The position numbers and the translations under genes were made by a program. This document shows, one piece after another, positions 29,544 to 36,905 of a stretch of 36,905 nucleotides of DNA; positions within the stretch are counted from its first letter, which is position 1; every line of letters starts with the position of its first letter. A model generated the notes under the pieces. The model searched no databases and was not told the origin of the DNA. It worked only from the letters and a program-made list of their open reading frames with translations. The stretch is from an uncultured Bacteroidales bacterium (lineage in GTDB: Bacteria; Bacteroidota; Bacteroidia; Bacteroidales; M50B96): NCBI GenBank assembly GCA_964388245.1, contig CAYLZH010000006.1, positions 1 through 36,905 on the forward strand. The letters are read 5' to 3'.

Positions 29544-30008
29544 ATGGCAAAAGTTCAGGAATTAGTTACAAAAATGGCTGATATTCATGGCCGGAAAAGA
29601 GAAAGCTTGATGCCTATACTTCAAGACATTGTTGAAGAAGAAAAGTTCCTCACCAAGGAGGTAATGATTGAAGTTGCCAGACAACTTGATTTGTCGGCAG
29701 CAGATGTTTATGGGACTGCATCATTCTATTCGTTCTTGGAAACAGAAGAAAGAGGCGAATATGTAATTCGTGTCTGCAAATCGATTATTGCCGAAATGAA
29801 AGGCAAGAAAGATATCATCAAAACCCTCGAAGACATACTTAAAGTTAAGGTAGGCGGGACTTCATCATGTAAAAAGTTCACATTGCTCGAAACAAATGAT
29901 ATTGGTTGGAGCGATCATGAACCATCCATGTTAGTAAACGATGTCCCTTATATCGATTTAACACCTGAAAAGGTAATTAAAATTATTGCTGAATACCGTA
30001 GTAAATAA
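29544..30008 (+). CDS. NuoE/HydC-like hydrogenase subunit with degenerate [2Fe-2S] motif
   Basis: LMPILQ..VYGTASFYSF..G.YVIRVC marks a NuoE fold. The expected Cx4C...Cx3C appears as CKSIIA...DIGWS. ATG at 29544 preferred. Confidence 0.85.
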   Translation: MAKVQELVTKMADIHGRKRESLMPILQDIVEEEKFLTKEVMIEVARQLDLSAADVYGTASFYSFLETEERGEYVIRVCKSIIAEMKGKKDIIKTLEDILKVKVGGTSSCKKFTLLETNDIGWSDHEPSMLVNDVPYIDLTPEKVIKIIAEYRSK

Positions 30009-30058
30009 TTCAGCTAATGTTCTTTAATCAATAAAAAACAATTAAAAAGAGCAAAACA

Positions 30059-31231
30059 ATGAGTAATATAGATAATAGTCTGAACAGAGCTGATGTGATT
30101 TTTGGAGGATACACAACAGAGAAATATAAAGTACTCCAGGAAACATTAAAAAGAACACCTGACGATATCACTCAGGAAATAATCGAATCAGGTATTCGCG
30201 GACGAGGTGGAGCAGGTTTCCCAACAGGTTTGAAATGGAAATTTGCCTCGCAGCAGGAAGCTGATGAAAAATATGTTATCTGCAACGCCGACGAAGGAGA
30301 ACCAGGTACATTTAAGGACCGTGAGATATTGATGAAAGTTCCACGGAAAGTTTTCTCAGGTATGGCTATTTGTGGTCATGTGATTGGTGCTAAAAGGGGA
30401 TTTGTTTACCTACGTGGCGAGTATAAATTCATGTTACCAGACCTGTTTAAAGAAAGGGAAGTTTTTAATGAGTATGCAAAAAAGTTTGGCTTCGATTTCA
30501 CAATCGAATTTTGCCTTGGAAGCGGAGCATATGTTTGTGGTGAAGAAACTGCCCTTATCGAGTCGATGGAAGGCAAGCGCGGTGAGCCAAGAAATAAACC
30601 ACCATTCCCGGTGGTTGAAGGATTCAAGAATAAGCCAACTGTAGTTAATAATGTTGAAACATTTGTAAACGCCAACATGATATGCCGTATCGGGCACGAA
30701 GAATTTAACAAACTTGGTACACAGGATTCACGCGGATCGAAATTATTTTCTGTATCGGGCGATACTCCAAAAGCTGGTGTATTTGAGCTCGAACTGGGGA
30801 TGAAATTATCGGAATTTGTTAAGGAATTTGGCGATGGCGACACAAAAGCAGTTCAGGTAGGAGGTGCTTCCGGATTTTGCGTACCCCGCAAAAAGTTCGA
30901 AGCAACCATTATCGGGTTCGAAGGAATTCCAACCGGAGGTTCAATGATGCTATTCAACAGTACCAGGTCGATGTACAATGTATTGCATAACTATCTCGAC
31001 TTTTTCTGTGAAGAATCATGTGGACAATGTACCCCATGCAGGGTAGGTACCCAGCAATTATTAAAAGGGATCGAAGCAATTAAGAACAATGAAAAGCCCG
31101 AAGATTACCTTACTCAATTGCTTAAGCTTACTGATACCATGAAAATGGCATCGAAATGTGGCTTGGGTCAATCAGTTGCTAATGCCTTTGCTTCGATAGT
31201 TGAGAACTTCACTGAAGAAATGATTTACTAA
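30059..31231 (+). CDS. NuoF/HydB-like NADH/FMN-binding diaphorase subunit (short form)
   Basis: RGRGGAGFPTG, NADEGEPGTFKDR, GAYVCGEE, NNVET and the [4Fe-4S] motif ESCGQCTPCR...C. 390 aa with no extra ferredoxin domains. Confidence 0.92.
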   Translation: MSNIDNSLNRADVIFGGYTTEKYKVLQETLKRTPDDITQEIIESGIRGRGGAGFPTGLKWKFASQQEADEKYVICNADEGEPGTFKDREILMKVPRKVFSGMAICGHVIGAKRGFVYLRGEYKFMLPDLFKEREVFNEYAKKFGFDFTIEFCLGSGAYVCGEETALIESMEGKRGEPRNKPPFPVVEGFKNKPTVVNNVETFVNANMICRIGHEEFNKLGTQDSRGSKLFSVSGDTPKAGVFELELGMKLSEFVKEFGDGDTKAVQVGGASGFCVPRKKFEATIIGFEGIPTGGSMMLFNSTRSMYNVLHNYLDFFCEESCGQCTPCRVGTQQLLKGIEAIKNNEKPEDYLTQLLKLTDTMKMASKCGLGQSVANAFASIVENFTEEMIY

Positions 31232-31261
31232 AAATATGCTAATCAAAATAAATCAGTTAAA

Positions 31262-33052
31262 ATGGAAACAAAACAAATAAATCTTACTATAGATGGCATC
31301 CAGGTATCAGTTGACGAAGGTACTTCGATACTTGATGCTGCCAAGAAAATAAATGTTCATATTCCCACACTTTGTCACCACGAAGATTTATGTGTAGCCG
31401 GAAATTGCAGAATTTGCGTCGTTGAAGTTGAAGGACAAAGAACCCTCACTGCATCGTGTGCGACTCCGGCAAACGAAGGAATGGTAATTCTAACCAACAC
31501 AGCTAAAGTAAGGAAAGTACGACGTGATGTTGCTGCCCTTTTGGTGTCGGAACACAATACACAATGTACAACCTGCTACAGGAGTATGAATTGCGAATTG
31601 CAGGAAATTGCATCAGAATATAATGTCGACAACAATATTTACTTAAGTGTACTTAAGGATGATATTGAAATAGATAACTCATCGTGGTCGCTTGAGAAAG
31701 ACGATAGTAAATGTATTCGTTGCCAGCGCTGTGTGCGTACCTGTGCCGAGTTGCAGCACGTAAATGCATTAACAGTTGCCAACAAAGGTGATGAAATGAA
31801 GATTTCGACATTCCTCGGACTTCCAATGAACGAGGTTGTTTGTACTAACTGTGGTCAGTGTATTAACCGTTGTCCAACAGGTGCTCTTACGGAAAGAAGG
31901 TATTTCGATTATCTATGGGAAGCCATTGATGATCCTAAGAAGCATGTGGTTATGAACACTGCTCCATCAGTACGTGTTGCACTTGGCGAAATGTTAGGAT
32001 ATCCTGTTGGAACAAGAGTTACCGGAAAAATGGTTTCGGCAATGAAGAAAATCGGAATGGATTCTGTCCTCGACACCGATTTTACTGCCGACCTTACCAT
32101 TATTGAAGAAGGAACCGAATTACTTGGTCGTTTGAAGAAAGCACTGGTTGATGGCGACACAGAAATAAAACTTCCGTTGTTAACTTCCTGTTCACCTGGC
32201 TGGGTTAAATTCATCGAGCACATGTATCCCGATCATCTCGGACATCTTTCTACATGTAAATCACCTCAGCAAATGTTTGGAGCATTGGCCAAGACCTATT
32301 ATTCAGAAAAGATAGATGTTGAAGCTAAAGATATTATTTCTGTTGCGATAATGCCTTGCGCTGCCAAGAAATTCGAAGCCAACAGGCCAGAAATGAATGA
32401 TAGTGGTTATCAGGATGTTGATGCCGGATTAACAACCCGCGAGCTTGGGCATATGATCAAGCAGGCCGGTATTGATTTTCGTCATCTGGAGGACTCTCCA
32501 TACGATAGCATTATGGGCGAATCGACTGGAGCAGGTGTAATTTTCGGAGCAACCGGTGGTGTTATGGAAGCTGCATTGCGTACTGCATATGAAATTGTTA
32601 CAGGTCGTCCGGTTCCGTTCGAAAATCTAAACATTCTTCCGGTTCGTGGTACTGAAGGTATTAAGGCTGCAAGTATAAAAGTTGAAGATTGTGTTGAAGA
32701 GTGGAAGTTTCTCGAAGGCGCCGAGTTAAAAGTTGCAGTGGCCCATGGTCTGAAAAATGCACGTATAATCATGGATCAGATTGCTGCTGGCGAGTCACCA
32801 TATCACTTTGTCGAGATCATGGCTTGTCCTGGTGGATGTATCGGCGGTGGCGGCCAGCCTATCCCAACAAATGAGGAAATCAGAAAGAAAAGGATAGCTG
32901 CCATTTATGAAGAGGATGAAGGAATGCCTAAGCGTAAGTCCCATGAAAACGAAGAAGTAATGAAACTGTATAAAGAATACCTTGGCGATCCGAATGGCCA
33001 TAAAGCACATGAGTTACTTCATACACATTATAGAAAAAGAAACAGATATTAG
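31262..33052 (+). CDS. hydA: Group A [FeFe]-hydrogenase catalytic subunit
   Basis: H-cluster motifs TSCSPGW, MPCAAKKFE and EIMACPGGCIGGGGQP. N-terminal [2Fe-2S], His-ligated [4Fe-4S] (HNTQCTTC) and 2x[4Fe-4S] (CIRCQRCVRTC, CTNCGQCINRCP). Confidence 0.96.
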   Translation: METKQINLTIDGIQVSVDEGTSILDAAKKINVHIPTLCHHEDLCVAGNCRICVVEVEGQRTLTASCATPANEGMVILTNTAKVRKVRRDVAALLVSEHNTQCTTCYRSMNCELQEIASEYNVDNNIYLSVLKDDIEIDNSSWSLEKDDSKCIRCQRCVRTCAELQHVNALTVANKGDEMKISTFLGLPMNEVVCTNCGQCINRCPTGALTERRYFDYLWEAIDDPKKHVVMNTAPSVRVALGEMLGYPVGTRVTGKMVSAMKKIGMDSVLDTDFTADLTIIEEGTELLGRLKKALVDGDTEIKLPLLTSCSPGWVKFIEHMYPDHLGHLSTCKSPQQMFGALAKTYYSEKIDVEAKDIISVAIMPCAAKKFEANRPEMNDSGYQDVDAGLTTRELGHMIKQAGIDFRHLEDSPYDSIMGESTGAGVIFGATGGVMEAALRTAYEIVTGRPVPFENLNILPVRGTEGIKAASIKVEDCVEEWKFLEGAELKVAVAHGLKNARIIMDQIAAGESPYHFVEIMACPGGCIGGGGQPIPTNEEIRKKRIAAIYEEDEGMPKRKSHENEEVMKLYKEYLGDPNGHKAHELLHTHYRKRNRY

Positions 33053-33066
33053 TCTCATAGTTTATT

Positions 33067-33105
33067 AAAAAAAGGGGATGGTCAGCTTGATCATCCCTTT
33101 TTTTT
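33067..33105 (+). terminator. Intrinsic terminator after hydA (potentially bidirectional)
   Basis: A7-GGGGATGGTCA-GCT-TGATCATCCC-T8. Confidence 0.85.
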
Positions 33106-33336
33106 GATAGGCAAGCTGCTTTTGATTTAGTATTTCTGAAAATTTGAATCTTCTTTGTAATCCAATAAAATATTTCACTTCGATTTCTGAACTGATGTTC
33201 TCTTTTTTCAATGATTCAAAAAAAAGTTGGTGTTGAAAGCGCATACGACTAATTGATAACAATTTACTAATATTCGGTTTTTTCTTAACTTTGAAAGGCA
33301 TGTACTTGAAAATTAAATAAAAATTCACATTTCCAT

Positions 33337-33362
33337 GCAACCTTTTTCAAAGTTATTGTCTA
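33337..33362 (+). promoter_or_regulatory. Putative ECF-sigma (autoregulatory) promoter
   Basis: GCAACC-N14-TGTCTA just upstream of the ECF gene. It resembles the AAC (-35) / GTC (-10) pattern of ECF promoters. Confidence 0.5.
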
Positions 33363-33378
33363 CACTGTACGGATTGTT

Positions 33379-34017
33379 ATGACAGACCTTAAGGTTTTAA
33401 TAGACGGGGTAATGAAGCGACAACGTAAGGCTCAAAAAGAGCTTTATCAACGCTATGCCCCTCTTATGCGGGCAATATGCATGAGGTATACACATGACTT
33501 TTCCGAAGCTGAAGACCTTGTACAAGAGGGATTTATTAAAATATTTACGAAAATTGACCAGTACTCGGGAACAGGGAATTTTGAAGGTTGGATGAAAAGA
33601 GTTTTTATAAATACAACAATTAATCATCTGAAAAGGAACAGAAACCTGCTTTTTCATTATGATATAAATGAGGTCCAAAGTAGCAACGAGGAAAGCTTTT
33701 CATCTAACGAGGATTATTTTTCGACTAAAACAAATATTGTTAATGTCGATTTTTCTGAAGAAGAAATTCTGAAGATAATAAACAAATTACCCGACGGATA
33801 CAGGTTGGTTTTTAATATGTATGCAGTTGAACAGCTAAGTCATAAGGAAATATCAACGATGCTTGGGATATCTGTTTCAACATCGAAATCCCAGTTGTTC
33901 AGAGCAAGAAAAACTATTCAGAAGAGTTTAATTGAATTAGCGGAAAAAAAAGTTGAACACCGGAAAAAACGGGAACAAAAAGAACAAAGTAATTCACAAC
34001 TACGCTTAATCGTTTAA
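33379..34017 (+). CDS. ECF-type RNA polymerase sigma-70 factor
   Basis: Region 2 (AEDLVQEGFIKIF..FEGWMKR) and region 4 (LPDGYRLVFNM..SHKEIS..STSKSQLFRAR). Confidence 0.95.
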   Translation: MTDLKVLIDGVMKRQRKAQKELYQRYAPLMRAICMRYTHDFSEAEDLVQEGFIKIFTKIDQYSGTGNFEGWMKRVFINTTINHLKRNRNLLFHYDINEVQSSNEESFSSNEDYFSTKTNIVNVDFSEEEILKIINKLPDGYRLVFNMYAVEQLSHKEISTMLGISVSTSKSQLFRARKTIQKSLIELAEKKVEHRKKREQKEQSNSQLRLIV

Positions 34018-34047
34018 TAACAGTGAATTAAAACAGGAATTTTGAAG

Positions 34048-35625
34048 ATGGCGAATGATTTAAAATATATCGATGAACTTGTCAGGAAGAAGATGGCAAG
34101 TCATGCCGTTGAATCAAGCGTAAATAATTACGCAAGTATTCAGCGTGCAGCATTCTGGAGGAACTTTCTAAAATTCAGGATAAGCAGTTTTAATGCTTAT
34201 TACACCGGGGCAATAGTTTTAATAGGATTGTTTAGCCTTGGATATTTTTATATTGATGATACCCCCGATAAATTAGCTGAAGCAAAAGAAAATAATGCAC
34301 TGATTAATATTTCGAAATCTGAATTAGAGGAAGTTAAGACAGAAAATAATTCGTCGAACCTTCATCAGCCAATTGCTGAAAATGCCGAACAAATTGCTAA
34401 CAAATTATCCGAACCACTTATTCAAAGCAATGAGGAAACAGATCTGCAATTAAACAGTAATGAGATTTCTGGAAACATAACAAACAATGAATTCTTAAAA
34501 TCCGATCCGGTTACAACAAGCGATATTTCGTTTGAAAGCGTTAATGAGAAAGAAAATCAGCTAATTGATGAAATCTCAAATCTAAATAATGAAGAAACAC
34601 AATCAGCCCCGGAAATACCTTCACAAGCTCAGTTAATTAATTCTGAGATTGAAATATCGGCAGTTCCAGTTAATACACCATCTTCAGGAATTGGAATGGC
34701 ATTTAACGACAACAAAGAAATTATGAATTTTACATACATCGATCCTTTGTTCTTTGCTGCAAATCCTTTTGAAGATAAAGCACCGTCTCTTGATCTAAAT
34801 CGCGATTCGGTTGATTATTATTTACCTCCCGCCATCAGGACCAGGTGGATGATAGGAATTGATTATGCACAGATTTATTCCTATCCGGACAATTATTTAA
34901 TCGATGCAGACTATTCAGAAATGTTGACCGAAAAGAATAAGATAAATAAACCCGGGATAACATTCTCAACAGGTTTGTCAGTCTTTTACCAGGGAAGAAA
35001 AAAGATTGGGTTTCAAACCGGTTTGTCCTATACCCAACTTGGTGATATCTTATCGAGAAACGAAATTATTGATATCCGGGATGCAAGCTATCCTTTACAT
35101 CCCGATGGAGGATATTTCAATGTAGACTCAGCATATATCGCTAATATAGACTCTTTATTACAGGGTATTGATTATGGAGTTTATGTTTATGACTCAACCT
35201 GGATTATTGACAATACTATTGTTGAAGATTACGATACAAGCAGGTATGCAGGAGTTCAGGCCCTAAACAGGTACACATATATTGAAGTACCCTTAATGCT
35301 AACCTACAAAATCAGATCGACACGTTTGGATTATCATCTTAAATTTGGTGTTGCTGCCGGTTTTTTTATAAAGGCCGATGGGAAAAAGCTGAGCAGTGAT
35401 GATCCTCGTGAAATTGTTGATTTTAATTCCAATTCGCCCAAATATCGTACAATCAATTATTCAATAATCGGAGGGGCAGACATATTATACCGTTTCCACA
35501 AGCGGTTTAGTTTTTCCACAGGAGTTTTATATCGACGAAACCTCCTGAATGTCTATAAAAATCATCCTTATGGAATAAAGTATAGCGCAACACAATTTAA
35601 GATTGGGCTATACTATCATTTATAA
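34048..35625 (+). CDS. Putative anti-sigma factor with TM helix, disordered linker and C-terminal outer-membrane beta-barrel
   Basis: N-terminal IDELVRKKM segment, a single transmembrane helix (GAIVLIGLFSLGYFYI) and a long S/N/E-rich linker. C-terminal amphipathic strands (FQTGLSYTQ, YIEVPLMLTY, FKIGLYYHL). Directly follows the ECF gene. Confidence 0.75.
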   Translation: MANDLKYIDELVRKKMASHAVESSVNNYASIQRAAFWRNFLKFRISSFNAYYTGAIVLIGLFSLGYFYIDDTPDKLAEAKENNALINISKSELEEVKTENNSSNLHQPIAENAEQIANKLSEPLIQSNEETDLQLNSNEISGNITNNEFLKSDPVTTSDISFESVNEKENQLIDEISNLNNEETQSAPEIPSQAQLINSEIEISAVPVNTPSSGIGMAFNDNKEIMNFTYIDPLFFAANPFEDKAPSLDLNRDSVDYYLPPAIRTRWMIGIDYAQIYSYPDNYLIDADYSEMLTEKNKINKPGITFSTGLSVFYQGRKKIGFQTGLSYTQLGDILSRNEIIDIRDASYPLHPDGGYFNVDSAYIANIDSLLQGIDYGVYVYDSTWIIDNTIVEDYDTSRYAGVQALNRYTYIEVPLMLTYKIRSTRLDYHLKFGVAAGFFIKADGKKLSSDDPREIVDFNSNSPKYRTINYSIIGGADILYRFHKRFSFSTGVLYRRNLLNVYKNHPYGIKYSATQFKIGLYYHL

Positions 35626-35640
35626 TTAGTGAAGCCATCA

Positions 35641-35913
35641 CTATTCCCTGGGTTCATAACCCGGAAGCTCACGATGGGTATGATCGCATGTTGGCAATGT
35701 TTTACTCATTCGGCAATCACACCATTTTACTTCTTGTTTCATCCTGATTTTTGTGGGAATGGGTGCAAAGCCTGTAACGTTATTATGTGAACCGTCGCAA
35801 AACGGATTACTCTTAGTGTGCCCACACGTACAGTAGTAATATTCTCCTGGTTCCATAAGTAAACGTAACGATCTCAGTCCTCTTATTTTTGGTTCGCTTT
35901 TTTCCTTCATCAT
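35641..35913 (-). CDS. CDGSH iron-sulfur domain protein (two motifs)
   Basis: CTCGHTKSNPFCDGSH and CDCRMSKTLPTCDHTH. Confidence 0.9.
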   Translation of the reverse strand: MMKEKSEPKIRGLRSLRLLMEPGEYYYCTCGHTKSNPFCDGSHNNVTGFAPIPTKIRMKQEVKWCDCRMSKTLPTCDHTHRELPGYEPRE

Positions 35914-35928
35914 CTTAGAATTTAAAAA

Positions 35929-36513
35929 TTAAATATGGTCGGAATGGTGGGCCGGATCGACTAATTCACGATATTTGTGAACCACCTTTTTAAAATCTTC
36001 CCAGGCATCCCTTTTAAGTGTCGGATTTCTTAACAAAGCAGAAGGATGAAATGTTGGCATTACATGTCTGTTTTTCCAATTTAACCACGTTCCCCTTACT
36101 TTAGTTATGCGGTCATTAGCATCAATTAATCCTTGTAATGCAGTGGCTCCAAGTAAAATAAGTATTGGTGGATCAATTAATTCGATTTGTTTATAAAGGA
36201 ATGGAATACAGATTTCGCGTTCTTCTGGTGTTGGTGTTCTGTTATCTGGTGGACGGCATTTAACAATATTGCCAATATATGCATGCTCTTTCCGTGTAAA
36301 ACCACAAACAGCCAGGATTTTATCTAACAATTGCCCCGATTTACCTACAAATGGTCTTCCTTGTTGGTCTTCGTAATATCCCGGCCCTTCTCCTATACAC
36401 ATAATTTTTGCATCGGGATTTCCTTCACCGAATACAACATTCGAGCGTGTTTGATGCAGATGGCATTTAGTACATGATAAGGTGTTCAAACGGAGGTTTT
36501 CAAATTCGTTCAT
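35929..36513 (-). CDS. Uracil-DNA glycosylase, family 4
   Basis: CTKC, GEGPG..E...GRPFVGKSG, VKCRPP and HPSALLR. ATG at 36513 preferred over the TTG at 36537. Confidence 0.93.
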   Translation of the reverse strand: MNEFENLRLNTLSCTKCHLHQTRSNVVFGEGNPDAKIMCIGEGPGYYEDQQGRPFVGKSGQLLDKILAVCGFTRKEHAYIGNIVKCRPPDNRTPTPEEREICIPFLYKQIELIDPPILILLGATALQGLIDANDRITKVRGTWLNWKNRHVMPTFHPSALLRNPTLKRDAWEDFKKVVHKYRELVDPAHHSDHI

Positions 36514-36591
36514 AGCTTTAAATTTTGAAAGCCTCAAGATAACGATTTTGAATTGTAAAGTGGATAGATTAATAAAAATAAGGATCGAAAA

Positions 36592-36903
36592 TCATCCCTT
36601 TATCTTTTGCAGCAAATATTCGTTAAGCCATCCCATGTCAGATTTTATCCAATCTTTTTTCAGGCCAATAATTTCGAAACCCATTTGTTCGAAGATACGC
36701 AGGCTTATTTCGTTATTCTCTAAAATATTGCAGTACAATTGATGAAGCCCAAGGGTAGCAAAGGCATAATCAATTGTCAGTACAAGTGCTTCGCTGGCTA
36801 TACCTTTATTTCGGTGTTTGGTATCAACCATGATCCCTAATCCGGCACGTTGATGGTATGGATCGAAATCGAAAATATCAATGGTACCTACAGGATATGG
36901 ATC
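36592..36903 (-). CDS. GNAT family N-acetyltransferase (RimJ/RimL-like), partial and extending beyond the window
   Basis: Frame is open to the window edge: DPYPVGTIDIFDFDPYHQRAGLGIMVDTKHRNKGIASEAL..YAF..LGLHQLYC..N..S..FE..GF. Confidence 0.88.
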   Translation of the reverse strand, partial: DPYPVGTIDIFDFDPYHQRAGLGIMVDTKHRNKGIASEALVLTIDYAFATLGLHQLYCNILENNEISLRIFEQMGFEIIGLKKDWIKSDMGWLNEYLLQKIKG

Positions 36904-36905
36904 CC

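Noticed and set aside
29544-33052. Respiratory complex I nuoEFG
   Set aside because: The third gene has all three H-cluster motifs, and no membrane nuo genes are adjacent.
33065-33340. 91-aa minus-strand ORF between hydA and the ECF gene
   Set aside because: Low-complexity K/F/I-rich translation of AT-rich intergenic DNA that runs through the terminator.
3108-36742. The many remaining 60-145 aa ORFs nested in or antisense to long genes
   Set aside because: Shadow frames of well-supported genes with no recognisable motifs.

Overview
AT-rich bacterial chromosomal DNA, almost certainly Bacteroidota and probably an anaerobic Bacteroidales-like organism. The basis is T9SS C-terminal domains, signal peptides followed by Gln, TTTG-N~20-TAnnTTTG promoters and an [FeFe]-hydrogenase. 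The first 2.5 kb is a decaying envelope region: a surface lipoprotein, a PorV-like gene remnant interrupted by a ~270-bp MITE-like element with clean inverted repeats and a target duplication, and an unannotated LruC/DUF4842-like pseudogene. The middle holds a C25 gingipain-like T9SS protease, ftsB, a multi-PAS hybrid kinase, pepC, a CotH-kinase T9SS protein, two thioredoxins, a CCA enzyme, a nuclease lipoprotein, DUF4293, a His-rich metal transporter and an LTA-synthase-like sulfatase. The most interesting block (25.6-33.1 kb) is a truncated haemoglobin, an acyl-CoA dehydrogenase with EtfBA, and a trimeric [FeFe]-hydrogenase. Its HydB is minimal with non-bifurcating signatures, and its HydC lacks three of the four [2Fe-2S] cysteines. 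An ECF sigma factor with a probable dual-membrane-spanning anti-sigma factor and a GNAT-UDG-CDGSH operon close the window. No rRNA, tRNA, CRISPR array or intact transposase was seen. All family calls come from motif recognition by eye, not from database searches.
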